From an uncultured Lentisphaeria bacterium (GTDB lineage Bacteria; Verrucomicrobiota; Lentisphaeria; Victivallales; UBA1829): DNA of 64,000 nucleotides. Positions within the stretch are counted from its first letter, which is position 1; each line of letters starts with the position of its first letter. Under the pieces are notes generated by a model. That model had not been told where the DNA came from and searched no databases. It saw only the letters and a program-made list of their open reading frames with translations. Of the stretch, positions 26,587 through 36,016 are shown piece after piece. Location of the stretch: the NCBI GenBank assembly GCA_905197955.1, contig CAJKAR010000013.1:9090-73089 (forward strand), given 5' to 3'. The translations under genes and the position numbers were made by a program.

Positions 26587-27207
26587 ATGTTTATTGAAGT
26601 CGATCACCCATGCATCAAAGCGAAAATGACCGTTTTAAGGAATAAAAACACAAACCCGAAAGAGTTTCGGGAACGGGCGGAGGAGATTACATGCTTTCTT
26701 GCCTATGAAGCGCTGAAGAATCTGCATTTGACGGAAACAACGGTGGAGACACCTCTGGAAACGACCGTCGGCTATACGGTGGAAAATGATATCGTCGTAG
26801 TTCCCGTTCTGCGCGCCGGAGTCGGAATGCTGGGAGGAATCCAGAGTCTCATTCCAACCGTCAAGGTCGGATTTGTCGGCCTCCAGCGCGATCACGACAC
26901 CAAACATCCGGTGAAATACTATCTGAATCTTCCGAAACCTTCCGCAGAAGCCTTTGCCATCATCATTGATCCCATGCTGGCAACCGGAGGATCGCTTTCC
27001 GCCGCAGTTTCCGCGGTCAAGGAGAGCGGATTCCGTCATATTGTCGTCCTCACCATCGTCAGCGCACCAGAAGGAGTTCAGGTCATGGAGAAGAATCATC
27101 CCGATGTCAAAATCTACTCTGCCGCCCTCGACCGAGAACTCAACGCAAGCAAATATATTCTTCCCGGCCTCGGCGACGCGGGGGACCGCCTCTTCGGGAC
27201 TCTGTAA
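26587..27207 (+). CDS. upp: Uracil phosphoribosyltransferase
   Basis: VPVLRAGVGMLGG..IIDPMLATGGS (PRPP loop)..YILPGLGDAGDRLFGT. The ATG at 26587 follows aaaagga. The ORF-track TTG start at 26551 is rejected. Confidence 0.9.
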   Translation: MFIEVDHPCIKAKMTVLRNKNTNPKEFRERAEEITCFLAYEALKNLHLTETTVETPLETTVGYTVENDIVVVPVLRAGVGMLGGIQSLIPTVKVGFVGLQRDHDTKHPVKYYLNLPKPSAEAFAIIIDPMLATGGSLSAAVSAVKESGFRHIVVLTIVSAPEGVQVMEKNHPDVKIYSAALDRELNASKYILPGLGDAGDRLFGTL

Positions 27208-27327
27208 AAAGAAGACTCGAAAAAGAGGCTCCTTCGAAAACTCCCGATGGATGAAAAACCTCAGCGTCGGGAAATGAAAAAGTCAGCTTCATCGGAACGT
27301 TCCGAAATCAAACTGCGGCAATCCTGT

Positions 27328-28425
27328 TCAGGGTCGCAGTTCCAGTCCGGGAACCTTTTCTGCCAGATAGTCGCACATCGTCCGGCGGAACGCATCATTG
27401 CTGAATGAATCCGTATGGGAGCGCAGAACTGCCGGATCAAATGTTCTGGATTCAAACTCTTCGATTGCGGCGCAGAGACTTTCGACGGTCGGTTCCGGGA
27501 AAAAGAGTCCCGTCTGTTCCGTCACGGTTTCAAGCGCCCCGCCTTTGCCAAGCGCAATGACCGGAGTTCCAGCCGCCTGCGCCTCCAGCGGAACGATCCC
27601 GAAATCTTCGATTCCCGGAAATAAAAGGGCTTTGGCCTCCGCATATGCACGGCGCAGAGGTTCGCCGTCAAGTCGGCCCAGAAAACGGACGTTCTTTCCC
27701 GCCCGCCTCTTCAGAGCGGCAAGCATGGACCCCTCCCCGACAATCAGTAGATTCCGGTTCATTTTCAGGCATGCCTCCAGAGCAAGATCCGCCCGTTTAT
27801 AACCAATCAGCTGTCCGACAAACAGATAGTAATCTTTCTTTTCATACTTCCCCTTCTTGAAAAACTCCACGTTTGCCGGAGGATGAATCACCGTCGATTC
27901 CCGTCCATAGATCCGCTTGATCCGTTCCGCGACAAAATGACTGTTTGCAATAAAATGGTCCACCGAATCCGCGGACCGCAGATCATAGCGCCGGAGAAAA
28001 TCCCGAAAAACGCGCATCGCTATTTTTCCTGGAATCCCGGTCTCCCTGTAATACTCCTCATACATATCCCAAAGATACCGCATCGGCGTATGACAATAGC
28101 AGATATGAACGGCCGAATGCGGCTTGCGGATCCCCTTCGCCGGTCCCGATTCACTCGAAAGGATCAGATCGTAAGCCGAAAAATCGAACCGCCGCAGCGC
28201 ATACGGCATGAGGGGCAGATATTTCTGGCAATTTCTGCGAGCTCCCGGCAAATGCGCAATCATGGATTCCGTAATATGATGCCCGCGGAAAAAACGATCC
28301 GCCATCTCCCTGCTGCACGCATGGGTGAACAGATCCGCATCCGGGAAAAGAGACGCAAGCTCCGCAAGAACCTTTTCCCCGCCCCGGAGATTCGTGAGCC
28401 AATAGTGTACCAGCGCTGTCTTCAT
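27328..28425 (-). CDS. GT4-family (GT-B) glycosyltransferase
   Basis: The C-terminal half has the EX7E-type block FPGIEDFGIVPLEAQAAGTPVIALGKGGALETV. Confidence 0.8.
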   Translation of the reverse strand: MKTALVHYWLTNLRGGEKVLAELASLFPDADLFTHACSREMADRFFRGHHITESMIAHLPGARRNCQKYLPLMPYALRRFDFSAYDLILSSESGPAKGIRKPHSAVHICYCHTPMRYLWDMYEEYYRETGIPGKIAMRVFRDFLRRYDLRSADSVDHFIANSHFVAERIKRIYGRESTVIHPPANVEFFKKGKYEKKDYYLFVGQLIGYKRADLALEACLKMNRNLLIVGEGSMLAALKRRAGKNVRFLGRLDGEPLRRAYAEAKALLFPGIEDFGIVPLEAQAAGTPVIALGKGGALETVTEQTGLFFPEPTVESLCAAIEEFESRTFDPAVLRSHTDSFSNDAFRRTMCDYLAEKVPGLELRP

Positions 28426-28440
28426 ACGGAGAACCCCCTC

Positions 28441-29850
28441 TTATTTGGCCCCGCGGCCGATCAGAACTTCAATCACGGTGCGAAGGAGAATGTAATAGTC
28501 AAGCCAGATGGACCAGTTGACCACATAATTCACATCCAGACGGACCCGTGTTTCATAATCAAGATTGCTCCGGCCGGAGACCTGCCAGAGTCCCGTGATT
28601 CCGGGTTTGACCCGGCTCAGAAGCTCCTGATTGTCCTTGTAGTAGTGGAGTTCCGCCTTGACAATCGGGCGCGGACCGATCAGCGACATATCGCCACGAA
28701 GCACATTCAGCAGCTGAGGAAGCTCATCCAGACTGCTTTTCCGCAAGAAACGTCCGAACGGCGTAACCCTGGGATCGTGTTCCAGTTTGAATTTCTCCTG
28801 CCACTCCTTCTGCATCTCCGGATTCTCCGCGAGAAGGGATGCCAGACGCTTGTCCGCATTGATATACATGGTTCTGAATTTCAGCACCCGGATCGGTTTT
28901 CCTCCGAGCCCGATACGCTTAGCCCGGTAAAAGACCGGTCCGCGACTCGTCAGTTTCACCAGAAGAGCAAGAATGCCGAGCAGCGGACTCAGCGTCAGAA
29001 TCGCAAATCCGGAAAGACAGGCCTCAAACAGAATCTTCCAGATCCGCGGGACTTTCAGCAGAAGCTGATTGCAGATCTCCACCGAAGCATAGCTGTTCAG
29101 AAGATTCACCGGAAATGCCCAGGAGATCGGAAGAATATGATTGTCGGGAATAATGGAAATATGACGGAAAAAACGGCAGAACTGGTTGACCACATCCCGG
29201 ACAATGGCGATCGGCAGAGCACAGATCACATAATCGGCATTGGTTTCCGCGGCGACTCGTCCCGCATCGGAAAGTTTTCCCAGGACCTTCACGTTCAATT
29301 CCGGCGCGATCTCCTTCGGAAAATCATCCAGAAAGCCGACCACTCTGAAACCGAAATGGGAATCCTTGTCCAGTTCTTTCGCAATGCGCTGTCCTGTGGC
29401 GCTAGCTCCGGCGATCAGCACGGGAATCTGTCCGATGTTCAGGACTTTCAAGATCCGCCGCACCACAATCCGGAACATGGGCAGAAGAAACACGGTAGCC
29501 CCCCAGCTCGAAACCAGAATCAGACGGGAATAACCGCCGGTCTGCCGCGTCATGAACATCCAGAAGAAAATGACAAAATAGGTCAGCGAAACCGAATAGA
29601 AAATCTTTCTCAGTTCCTCCACCGGATCCAGCGCCGATCCCGGATAAAAAATATTCCCGTGATAAAGATGTCCGACCGTACAGAAACAGAGCAGCGCGAA
29701 ACAGCACGGCCAGAGCCGTGTGTAAAGAGACATCCCCTCCTCATTCACTCCGAGGAGGATATAAAAATAGGACATCGCAAACAAAACCAGCAGAAAGCAG
29801 AAAACATCGGACAGCATCAGACAGAACACCCGCAGCCGAACCTGATTCAT
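28441..29850 (-). CDS. Polyprenyl-phosphate sugar-phosphotransferase (WbaP/EpsB-type EPS initiating enzyme)
   Basis: Multiple N-terminal TM segments, a Rossmann-like linker, and the C-terminal catalytic block PVFYRAKRIGLGGKPIRVLKFRTM..DELPQLLNVLRGDMSLIGPRP. The ATG at 29850 is preceded by ggaaggag. Confidence 0.85.
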   Translation of the reverse strand: MNQVRLRVFCLMLSDVFCFLLVLFAMSYFYILLGVNEEGMSLYTRLWPCCFALLCFCTVGHLYHGNIFYPGSALDPVEELRKIFYSVSLTYFVIFFWMFMTRQTGGYSRLILVSSWGATVFLLPMFRIVVRRILKVLNIGQIPVLIAGASATGQRIAKELDKDSHFGFRVVGFLDDFPKEIAPELNVKVLGKLSDAGRVAAETNADYVICALPIAIVRDVVNQFCRFFRHISIIPDNHILPISWAFPVNLLNSYASVEICNQLLLKVPRIWKILFEACLSGFAILTLSPLLGILALLVKLTSRGPVFYRAKRIGLGGKPIRVLKFRTMYINADKRLASLLAENPEMQKEWQEKFKLEHDPRVTPFGRFLRKSSLDELPQLLNVLRGDMSLIGPRPIVKAELHYYKDNQELLSRVKPGITGLWQVSGRSNLDYETRVRLDVNYVVNWSIWLDYYILLRTVIEVLIGRGAK

Positions 29851-30174
29851 CTGATATTCTCCTTCCTGTGATTCTCGTAATGGCAGAAGAAACCCCACCA
29901 GACCGATCTGGTCTCCAGAAACCCACTCATACAACCCTCCAATCCTTAATATACCTCCGTACTCTTCTCTTTTCAATAAATGCAGAGGAAACTTCCCGCT
30001 GTTATTCCAGGTATTTTTCCCGGAGACGCGGAACGCTTCCGTTTTTCAAAAAAGCAAAAACCGTGATAATTCAAGAAAAAAAAGAGAAAAATCAAAGGTT
30101 TTCCAACAAAGCGGCATTAGATTAACTCCAGAAAACCGGGAAAGCACAAATCAATCAAAACAGGAGGAAATCTC

Positions 30175-31482
30175 ATGGATTACTATGTGGAACCGGAACG
30201 GAAAATCGAAATTGCGGAACAGGCGGATGTCCTGGTTGTCGGCAGCGGGCCGGCCGGTTTTGCGGCAGCACTCGCGGCGGCACGAAACGGAATGAAAACC
30301 GTGCTTGTCGAACAATTCAACTGTATCGGAGGCATGGCCACCAGCGGTATGATGTCGCACTTCACCGGAGCAACAGACTGCCCTGTTTTTGAAGAAGCCA
30401 TGGATCGCTGCCACAAAGAAAAAGCCGGTATCTTCATCGATGGTCAGGGAGCGGGAAGACAGCAGATCAATCATGAAATTCTGAAAAAAGTCATGCTGGA
30501 CATGATCGTGGAAGCAGGGATCATCCTGAAGCTCTACACCTTTGCCTGCGATGCAATCATGGAAGGAAACCGGATCAAAGGTATTGTCATTGAAAGCAAA
30601 ACCGGCAGACAGGCCATCATGGCGAAGGTCGTCATCGACGCCACCGGCGACGGCGACATCGCGGCAAAAACCGGCGCTGAATTCCAGCTCGGACGCGAAG
30701 GCGACTCCAAATGTCAGCCGGTCACCCTGATGTTCCGGATCGGCGGAGTTGACTACTCCCGAGCCATTCTGCCCCCCAGCTTCGAAACCACCGTGCAGGT
30801 TCCAAAAGGAGAAATTCAAGCTCTTGCCAGAAAGCATCTGAAGGCTCCCGCCGGACATGTGCTTCTTTATCCCACCTGGATCCCCGGCGAAGTCTGCGTC
30901 AACATGACGAACGTGACTGACGTCAACGGAGCCAACGCCGATGATATGACAAAAGCGGAAATCATCACCCGTCAGCAGATGTGCGACATTGTTCTCTTCC
31001 TGCGTGAATTCGCCCCCGGATACGAGCACTGCTACCTCGTCACATCCGCCCAGAACGTTGGAGTGCGTGAAACCCGCCATTTCAAGGGACTCTACACGAT
31101 CACACCGGAAGACATCGTCGAAGCGCGCGTCTTCGACGACTGGATCGCCACCCGCAACCGCTTCAATTTCGACATTCACAACGTCGAAGGCTCCGGCCTC
31201 GACAAGAACGGCGCACAGAAACATTTCCGCGACAAGGGTCAGTACACCATTCCCTATCGTGCCTGCGTTCCGGAAAAAATTGACGGCCTCCTTCTCTCCG
31301 GCAGAAATATTTCCGGCACTCACAAGGCGCACTCCAATTTCCGCGTCATGCCGATCTGCATGAATGTCGGACTCGGAGTCGGAACTGCAGCCGCAGTCGC
31401 CGTGAAAGAGAACGTCCTGCCCAGAAATGTCGATGTGAAAACGGTTCAGGCACTTCTCGAAAAACAGGGTGTTCGTCTCTGA
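30175..31482 (+). CDS. FAD-dependent oxidoreductase (PF12831/GidA-like fold), function unknown
   Basis: DVLVVGSGPAGFAAALAAARNGMKTVLVE dinucleotide-binding motif, and DATGDGDIAAKTG. It is a paralogue of the 55952-57223 gene. Confidence 0.75.
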   Translation: MDYYVEPERKIEIAEQADVLVVGSGPAGFAAALAAARNGMKTVLVEQFNCIGGMATSGMMSHFTGATDCPVFEEAMDRCHKEKAGIFIDGQGAGRQQINHEILKKVMLDMIVEAGIILKLYTFACDAIMEGNRIKGIVIESKTGRQAIMAKVVIDATGDGDIAAKTGAEFQLGREGDSKCQPVTLMFRIGGVDYSRAILPPSFETTVQVPKGEIQALARKHLKAPAGHVLLYPTWIPGEVCVNMTNVTDVNGANADDMTKAEIITRQQMCDIVLFLREFAPGYEHCYLVTSAQNVGVRETRHFKGLYTITPEDIVEARVFDDWIATRNRFNFDIHNVEGSGLDKNGAQKHFRDKGQYTIPYRACVPEKIDGLLLSGRNISGTHKAHSNFRVMPICMNVGLGVGTAAAVAVKENVLPRNVDVKTVQALLEKQGVRL

Positions 31483-31515
31483 ACCGGAGACTTCCCCTCT
31501 TATTTTCCGATCAGG

Positions 31516-31552
31516 CCGCATCCGGAGCTTCCGGATGCGGTTTCTTCTTTTT
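31516..31552 (+). terminator. Rho-independent terminator
   Basis: ccgcatccgg agctt ccggatgcgg, followed by tttcttcttttt. Confidence 0.75.
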
Positions 31553-31670
31553 CCGCAGAAGACTCTTTTCCCGGAATGACTCACTCTCCTGTTTGTTTTC
31601 CTTAAAAGGAAGGCTATATTAGCCGGTGGTTCCAAAAGAAAACCATTCACAAAAACAAAGGGGAAACATC

Positions 31671-32885
31671 ATGCAGAAACGGTCAAAATGGTTCAATGAG
31701 GCCCGATACGGACTCTTTATCCACTGGGGAGCTTATTCAAAGGCGGCGCGCGGAGAATGGGTCATGAACAGAGAACGCATCCCGCTGGAAGAATACCGGG
31801 AGTGTTATGTAAAGCAGTTCAAGGCGGAACACTACGACCCCGCGGACTGGATGAAAAAACCAGTCCGATGGGGCATGAAGTACACGGTTCTCACCACACG
31901 TCATCACGACGGATTCGCTCTGTGGAGTTCGAAAGTCAACCCCTACAACGCTGCAAAACTGGGACCTGGCCGCGACCTTGTCGCTCCGTATGTCAAAGCA
32001 GTTCGGGAAGCCGGACTCAAGGTCGGACTCTACTACTCCCCCGCCTCCTGGGCGCATCCGGACTATCCCGGTGCCTGCTTCCGCGACTGGCCCGGTGAAA
32101 AAGACTGGAAAAGCGAAGCACACCGTAAACGCTTCATCGACTATTACCGTGCGGAATTGAAAGAACTCATGACCGGATACGGCAAAATTGATTATCTCTG
32201 GTTCGACGGCTGCATTCCGGAAAACATCGAAGGCGAAGAAACCATCGCCATGCTCCGGGAACTGCAGCCTGAAATGCTGATCAACAACCGGCTCGGAACT
32301 CCGTTTGACATCAAGGTCAGCGAACAGACCATCAATCCCGCAGCCCCCGGACAGGACTGGGAAGCCTGCATGACCCTCAATGAAAACTGGGGTTATCACT
32401 CCGGCGACCATTCGTGGAAAAATCCCGCCGCTGTGGTTTCCATGCTCATGACCTGTGCAAAAAGCTCCGGCAATCTTCTTCTGAACATTGGCCCGAAAGC
32501 CGACGGCACCATTCCGGAAGAATCCGTCAAAATTCTGGACGCAGCAGGCGAATGGCTCAAACACAACCGGGAAGCAATCACCGACTCCGAACGCAGTCCG
32601 TTCACCTGGAACAACACGGCACGTCTCATCACCGTGAAAGGGAACCGGATCTATATCACATTCGAGCACGAACCCGGAGGACAATTCTGCTGGAGCGAAC
32701 TGAAAAACCGTCTCTGCCGCGCCTGGTGGCTCGATGACGGCACCCCGATTCAGTTCCGTCAGGAGCCGGATCGGCTGTTCCTGCTGAATCTGCCGCCGAA
32801 TCTTCCGCTCCGGACCGCGGTTCTCGAAGTCGAGGGGAAGCCAGAGGCCCTGACCGCCCAGACCACGTTCTGGATCCCGGAATGA
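31671..32885 (+). CDS. GH29 alpha-L-fucosidase (second copy)
   Basis: WFNEARYGLFIHWGAYS..MKYTVLTTRHHDGFALWSS..GLKVGLYYS. The ATG at 31671 follows gggga. The ORF-track GTG start is rejected. Confidence 0.9.
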   Translation: MQKRSKWFNEARYGLFIHWGAYSKAARGEWVMNRERIPLEEYRECYVKQFKAEHYDPADWMKKPVRWGMKYTVLTTRHHDGFALWSSKVNPYNAAKLGPGRDLVAPYVKAVREAGLKVGLYYSPASWAHPDYPGACFRDWPGEKDWKSEAHRKRFIDYYRAELKELMTGYGKIDYLWFDGCIPENIEGEETIAMLRELQPEMLINNRLGTPFDIKVSEQTINPAAPGQDWEACMTLNENWGYHSGDHSWKNPAAVVSMLMTCAKSSGNLLLNIGPKADGTIPEESVKILDAAGEWLKHNREAITDSERSPFTWNNTARLITVKGNRIYITFEHEPGGQFCWSELKNRLCRAWWLDDGTPIQFRQEPDRLFLLNLPPNLPLRTAVLEVEGKPEALTAQTTFWIPE

Positions 32886-32917
32886 TTCCCGAAAAAAATC
32901 AGTCTCTTCACAAAGAC

Positions 32918-32960
32918 CTCCTCCCCGCATCCGACAGGCCATCCGGGGAGGAGTTTTTTT
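32918..32960 (+). terminator. Rho-independent terminator
   Basis: 10-bp GC-rich stem ctcctccccg/cggggaggag, 16-nt loop, then T7. Confidence 0.7.
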
Positions 32961-33200
32961 CGTGAAACGGGTCACAGCAGAACAACAGAACCCCCTGACC
33001 CTCCCGTGAAAAAAAACAGGGGCCGACGATTTGTTCCTCAAACAATTTCACAGCAGCGTCACGGCTGTGAAAAAGCGAAAAATCAAGCGTAAATAAATCC
33101 CTGCAACTCCTTGATTTTTCCGTACAGCCGGACTAAATTAAGGGATATTTATTCATATCTTTGATCATCATACATAACAACCCCAAAGGAGAGATATGGT

Positions 33201-33818
33201 ATGAGCCTGAACGAATGGCTGGTCATCACCATCGGCGCCATCCTTGTGAACAACATGGTACTGGCGAGAATCCTTGGAATCTGTCCGTTTCTCGGCGTTT
33301 CCAAAAAACTGTCAACGGCACTCGGGATGTCCGGCGCACTGATTTTCGTCATGACGCTTGCCTCGTTTGCCGCCTCGGTCCTCTACAACTGCCTGATCTC
33401 GGTCAAGCACAGCGTGCCCGCGCTGGGACTGCAGAATGTGGACATCAGCTTCACAAGAATTCTGCTGTTCATCGTTGTGATTGCCGCACTCGTGCAGCTT
33501 GTGGAGATCATCATGCAGAAGTTCAGCCCGACTCTTTACGGAGCGCTCGGCATCTACCTGCCGCTGATCACAACCAACTGCTGCGTGCTGGGTGCCGCCG
33601 AACTCAACGTCAACGCGAACCGGACGGTGCTCGGCTCCACGGTGTTCGGACTCTGTTCGGGAATCGGTTTTTCGATCGCGGTCATTCTTTTTGCGAGCTT
33701 GCGCGAACGGCTGGAACTCTCCAAAATTCCGCGTCCTTTCCAGGGCGCTGCGATTGCGCTGATCACGGCGGGCATTCTCGCGATGGCCTTCATGGGCTTC
33801 TCCGGACTCGTCAAATAA
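33201..33818 (+). CDS. rnfA: Rnf electron-transport complex subunit A
   Basis: VNNMVLARILGICPFLGVSKKL.., six TM segments, and its position at the head of the rnf operon. Confidence 0.9.
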   Translation: MSLNEWLVITIGAILVNNMVLARILGICPFLGVSKKLSTALGMSGALIFVMTLASFAASVLYNCLISVKHSVPALGLQNVDISFTRILLFIVVIAALVQLVEIIMQKFSPTLYGALGIYLPLITTNCCVLGAAELNVNANRTVLGSTVFGLCSGIGFSIAVILFASLRERLELSKIPRPFQGAAIALITAGILAMAFMGFSGLVK

Positions 33819-33830
33819 GAAAGGATTGAA

Positions 33831-34673
33831 ATGGATACCATTATCTTATCGGTCATTGTAGTGGGAATCACGGGAATGGTGCTGGGAGCATTCATTGCCG
33901 TAGCCGCGAAGAAGTTTGCGGTGGAACTCGATCCCAGAATTGATGAAGTGGCAGGAATGCTCCCCGGAGCAAACTGCGGAGGATGCGGATTCGCCGGATG
34001 TTCCGATCTGGCAAAGAATATTGTCGAAGGCAAGGCGCCCGCCGGAAGATGCCCTGTCTGCACAGCGGAAACGGTGGAAAAGATCGCCGCTTTTCTCGGC
34101 CAGGCCGCGGAAAAGAAGGAGAAAATGGTTGCCGTGGTGCTTTGCAGCGGCACACTTTCCAATTCCAAAGTGGCAGCCGGCTATAACGGTGTGCTTGACT
34201 GCCGTTCCGCAAACATCATGAACGGAGGCGGAAAAGCCTGTCGGTTCGGATGCATCGGATTCGGAACCTGCGCCCGCACCTGCAAGTTCGGTGCTATTGA
34301 AGTGATCGACGGACTTGCCGTGGTGCATCCGGAACTCTGCGTCGGCTGCGGCCAGTGCGCGGAGGTCTGCCCGCGGAAAATGATCAAACTCGTACCGGCC
34401 TCAACCCAGGTACATGTCTACTGCAACTCGCTGGAAAAACCGGTTCAGCGCCGGAAAAAATGCGCCGGAGCCTGTATCTCCTGCCGCAAATGCATCAAAG
34501 CCGAACCGGAAAAGATGTCCAGCCAGGGATTCATGGTGCGGGTCAATTATTCAAATGCGCCGGATGCGTCGATCGTGGAAAAGGCGCAGTGTCCTGCGAA
34601 ATGTCTGCTTACTCCCGAAGAACACCTCAAAGCTGTCCGGGATGGAATCAAAAAGAACGAAGGTGCGGCATGA
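33831..34673 (+). CDS. rnfB: Rnf complex subunit B (polyferredoxin type)
   Basis: N-terminal TM segment, LPGANCGGCGFAGC motif, and several CxxCxxCxxxCP ferredoxin clusters. Confidence 0.9.
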   Translation: MDTIILSVIVVGITGMVLGAFIAVAAKKFAVELDPRIDEVAGMLPGANCGGCGFAGCSDLAKNIVEGKAPAGRCPVCTAETVEKIAAFLGQAAEKKEKMVAVVLCSGTLSNSKVAAGYNGVLDCRSANIMNGGGKACRFGCIGFGTCARTCKFGAIEVIDGLAVVHPELCVGCGQCAEVCPRKMIKLVPASTQVHVYCNSLEKPVQRRKKCAGACISCRKCIKAEPEKMSSQGFMVRVNYSNAPDASIVEKAQCPAKCLLTPEEHLKAVRDGIKKNEGAA

Positions 34674-36001
34674 ACTCAACACAGAAAGTCGTAAAGTTCC
34701 GCGGAGGCGTGCATCCGCGGGAAGGCAAGGAGCTCACGGCGTCCAAGGAACTGCGGATTGCGCCCCTGCTTGAAAAATACATTGTCCCGATCCGCCAGAG
34801 CATCGGCGCGCCGCCGACCCTCTGCGTCAAAAAGGGTGATACGGTCAAAAAAGGACAGCGCATTGCGGAACCAGGAGGATTTGTTTCGGTTCCCCTGCAC
34901 TCCCCCACCAGCGGAACCGTCGGAGATGTGGTTGAAATCATCGGCGTAACCGGCGCGGCGGAACAGGCGGTCGAAATCATCGCCGACGGCAATGACGAAT
35001 GGGGCGCCGGACTCGATCCCATCCCGAACTGGGAAAATACCGACAGGGATCTTCTGAAAAAACGCATCCTCGATGCCGGAATCGTCGGCATGGGCGGAGC
35101 CGCGTTCCCGACCCATGTCAAACTCTCTCCGCCGCCGGAAAAGAACATCGACACCCTCATCATCAACGGTGCCGAATGCGAACCGTTCCTGACGGCCGAC
35201 CATCGTCTCATGCTCGAAAAGGGCGAAGCCGCCCTGATCGGTGCTTCGATCGCCGCCAAGATCCTGAAGGTCAGCCGCATCTTCATCGGCATCGAGGAGA
35301 ACAAGCCCGATGCAATTCAGAAATTGACGGAACTGGCTCCGAAATATAAAATCAATGTGGTTCCCCTTCGTGTTCGCTATCCGCAGGGAGCGGAAAAGCA
35401 GCTGATCTACGCGCTGACCGGACGGAAAGTGCTGGAAGGCGGACTGCCGATGGATGTCGGCTGTGTCGTCATGAACATCGGAACCGCGACGGCCGTTCAC
35501 AACGCGGTCGTACTCGGTGAACCGCTGATCGAACGCATCACCACGGTGACGGGCAGTCCGGTTGCCGATCCGGCAAACTGGCTTTTCCGCATCGGAACGC
35601 CGATCAGCAAGGCTCTGGAACTCTGCGGAGGCGTGACAACGGCTCCCGCAAAGGTCATCATGGGCGGCCCGATGATGGGTTTTGCTCAGTCGAACATTGA
35701 TGTGCCGATTACGAAAAACTCCTCGGGCGTTCTGCTGATGGCTCCGGAGGAGGTGGAACAGTTCTCCGGAAATCCGTGCATCCGGTGCGGACGCTGTGTG
35801 GTGTCCTGTCCGATGAATCTGCTGATCCCGCAGCTGAGCGTGATGGTGGAGTCGGAAAAATTCGATCTGGCGGAACAGAACTATGTCATGGACTGCATGG
35901 AATGCGGAATCTGCGCATATGTCTGTCCGGCGAAACGTCCGCTGGTCCAGCACTTCCGCAGAGCCAAAGCTGAAATCCTCGCCAAACGGCGCAAAAAATA
36001 A
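34670..36001 (+). CDS. rnfC: Rnf complex subunit C
   Basis: MNSTQKVVKFRGGVHPREGKELT.., GMGGAAFPTHVKL, and two C-terminal 4Fe-4S motifs (CIRCGRCVVSCP, CMECGICAYVCP). Its ATGA overlaps rnfB. The ORF-track start at 34355 is rejected. Confidence 0.9.
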   Translation: MNSTQKVVKFRGGVHPREGKELTASKELRIAPLLEKYIVPIRQSIGAPPTLCVKKGDTVKKGQRIAEPGGFVSVPLHSPTSGTVGDVVEIIGVTGAAEQAVEIIADGNDEWGAGLDPIPNWENTDRDLLKKRILDAGIVGMGGAAFPTHVKLSPPPEKNIDTLIINGAECEPFLTADHRLMLEKGEAALIGASIAAKILKVSRIFIGIEENKPDAIQKLTELAPKYKINVVPLRVRYPQGAEKQLIYALTGRKVLEGGLPMDVGCVVMNIGTATAVHNAVVLGEPLIERITTVTGSPVADPANWLFRIGTPISKALELCGGVTTAPAKVIMGGPMMGFAQSNIDVPITKNSSGVLLMAPEEVEQFSGNPCIRCGRCVVSCPMNLLIPQLSVMVESEKFDLAEQNYVMDCMECGICAYVCPAKRPLVQHFRRAKAEILAKRRKK

Positions 36002-36016
36002 TTAAGGTGTAAGAGA

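Noticed and set aside
27883-29871. 662-aa plus-strand ORF spanning the GT4 and sugar-phosphotransferase genes
   Set aside because: It is antisense to two ORFs with unmistakable family motifs. Its translation is Arg/Pro/His/Gln-rich low complexity with no motif and no RBS. It is a typical shadow ORF of codon-biased DNA.
30151-33041. 499-aa and 434-aa minus-strand ORFs opposite the FAD oxidoreductase and the second GH29
   Set aside because: Both are antisense to confidently identified genes, with Gly/Val/Asp/Phe-biased junk composition. The same explanation covers:
- 8306-9094(-)
- 13706-15094(+)
- 24656-25726(-)
- 34676-35953(-)
- 36613-37629(-)
- 40461-41582(-)
- 47176-48408(-)
- 53916-55121(+)
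- 59754-60932(-)
- 60951-62069(-)
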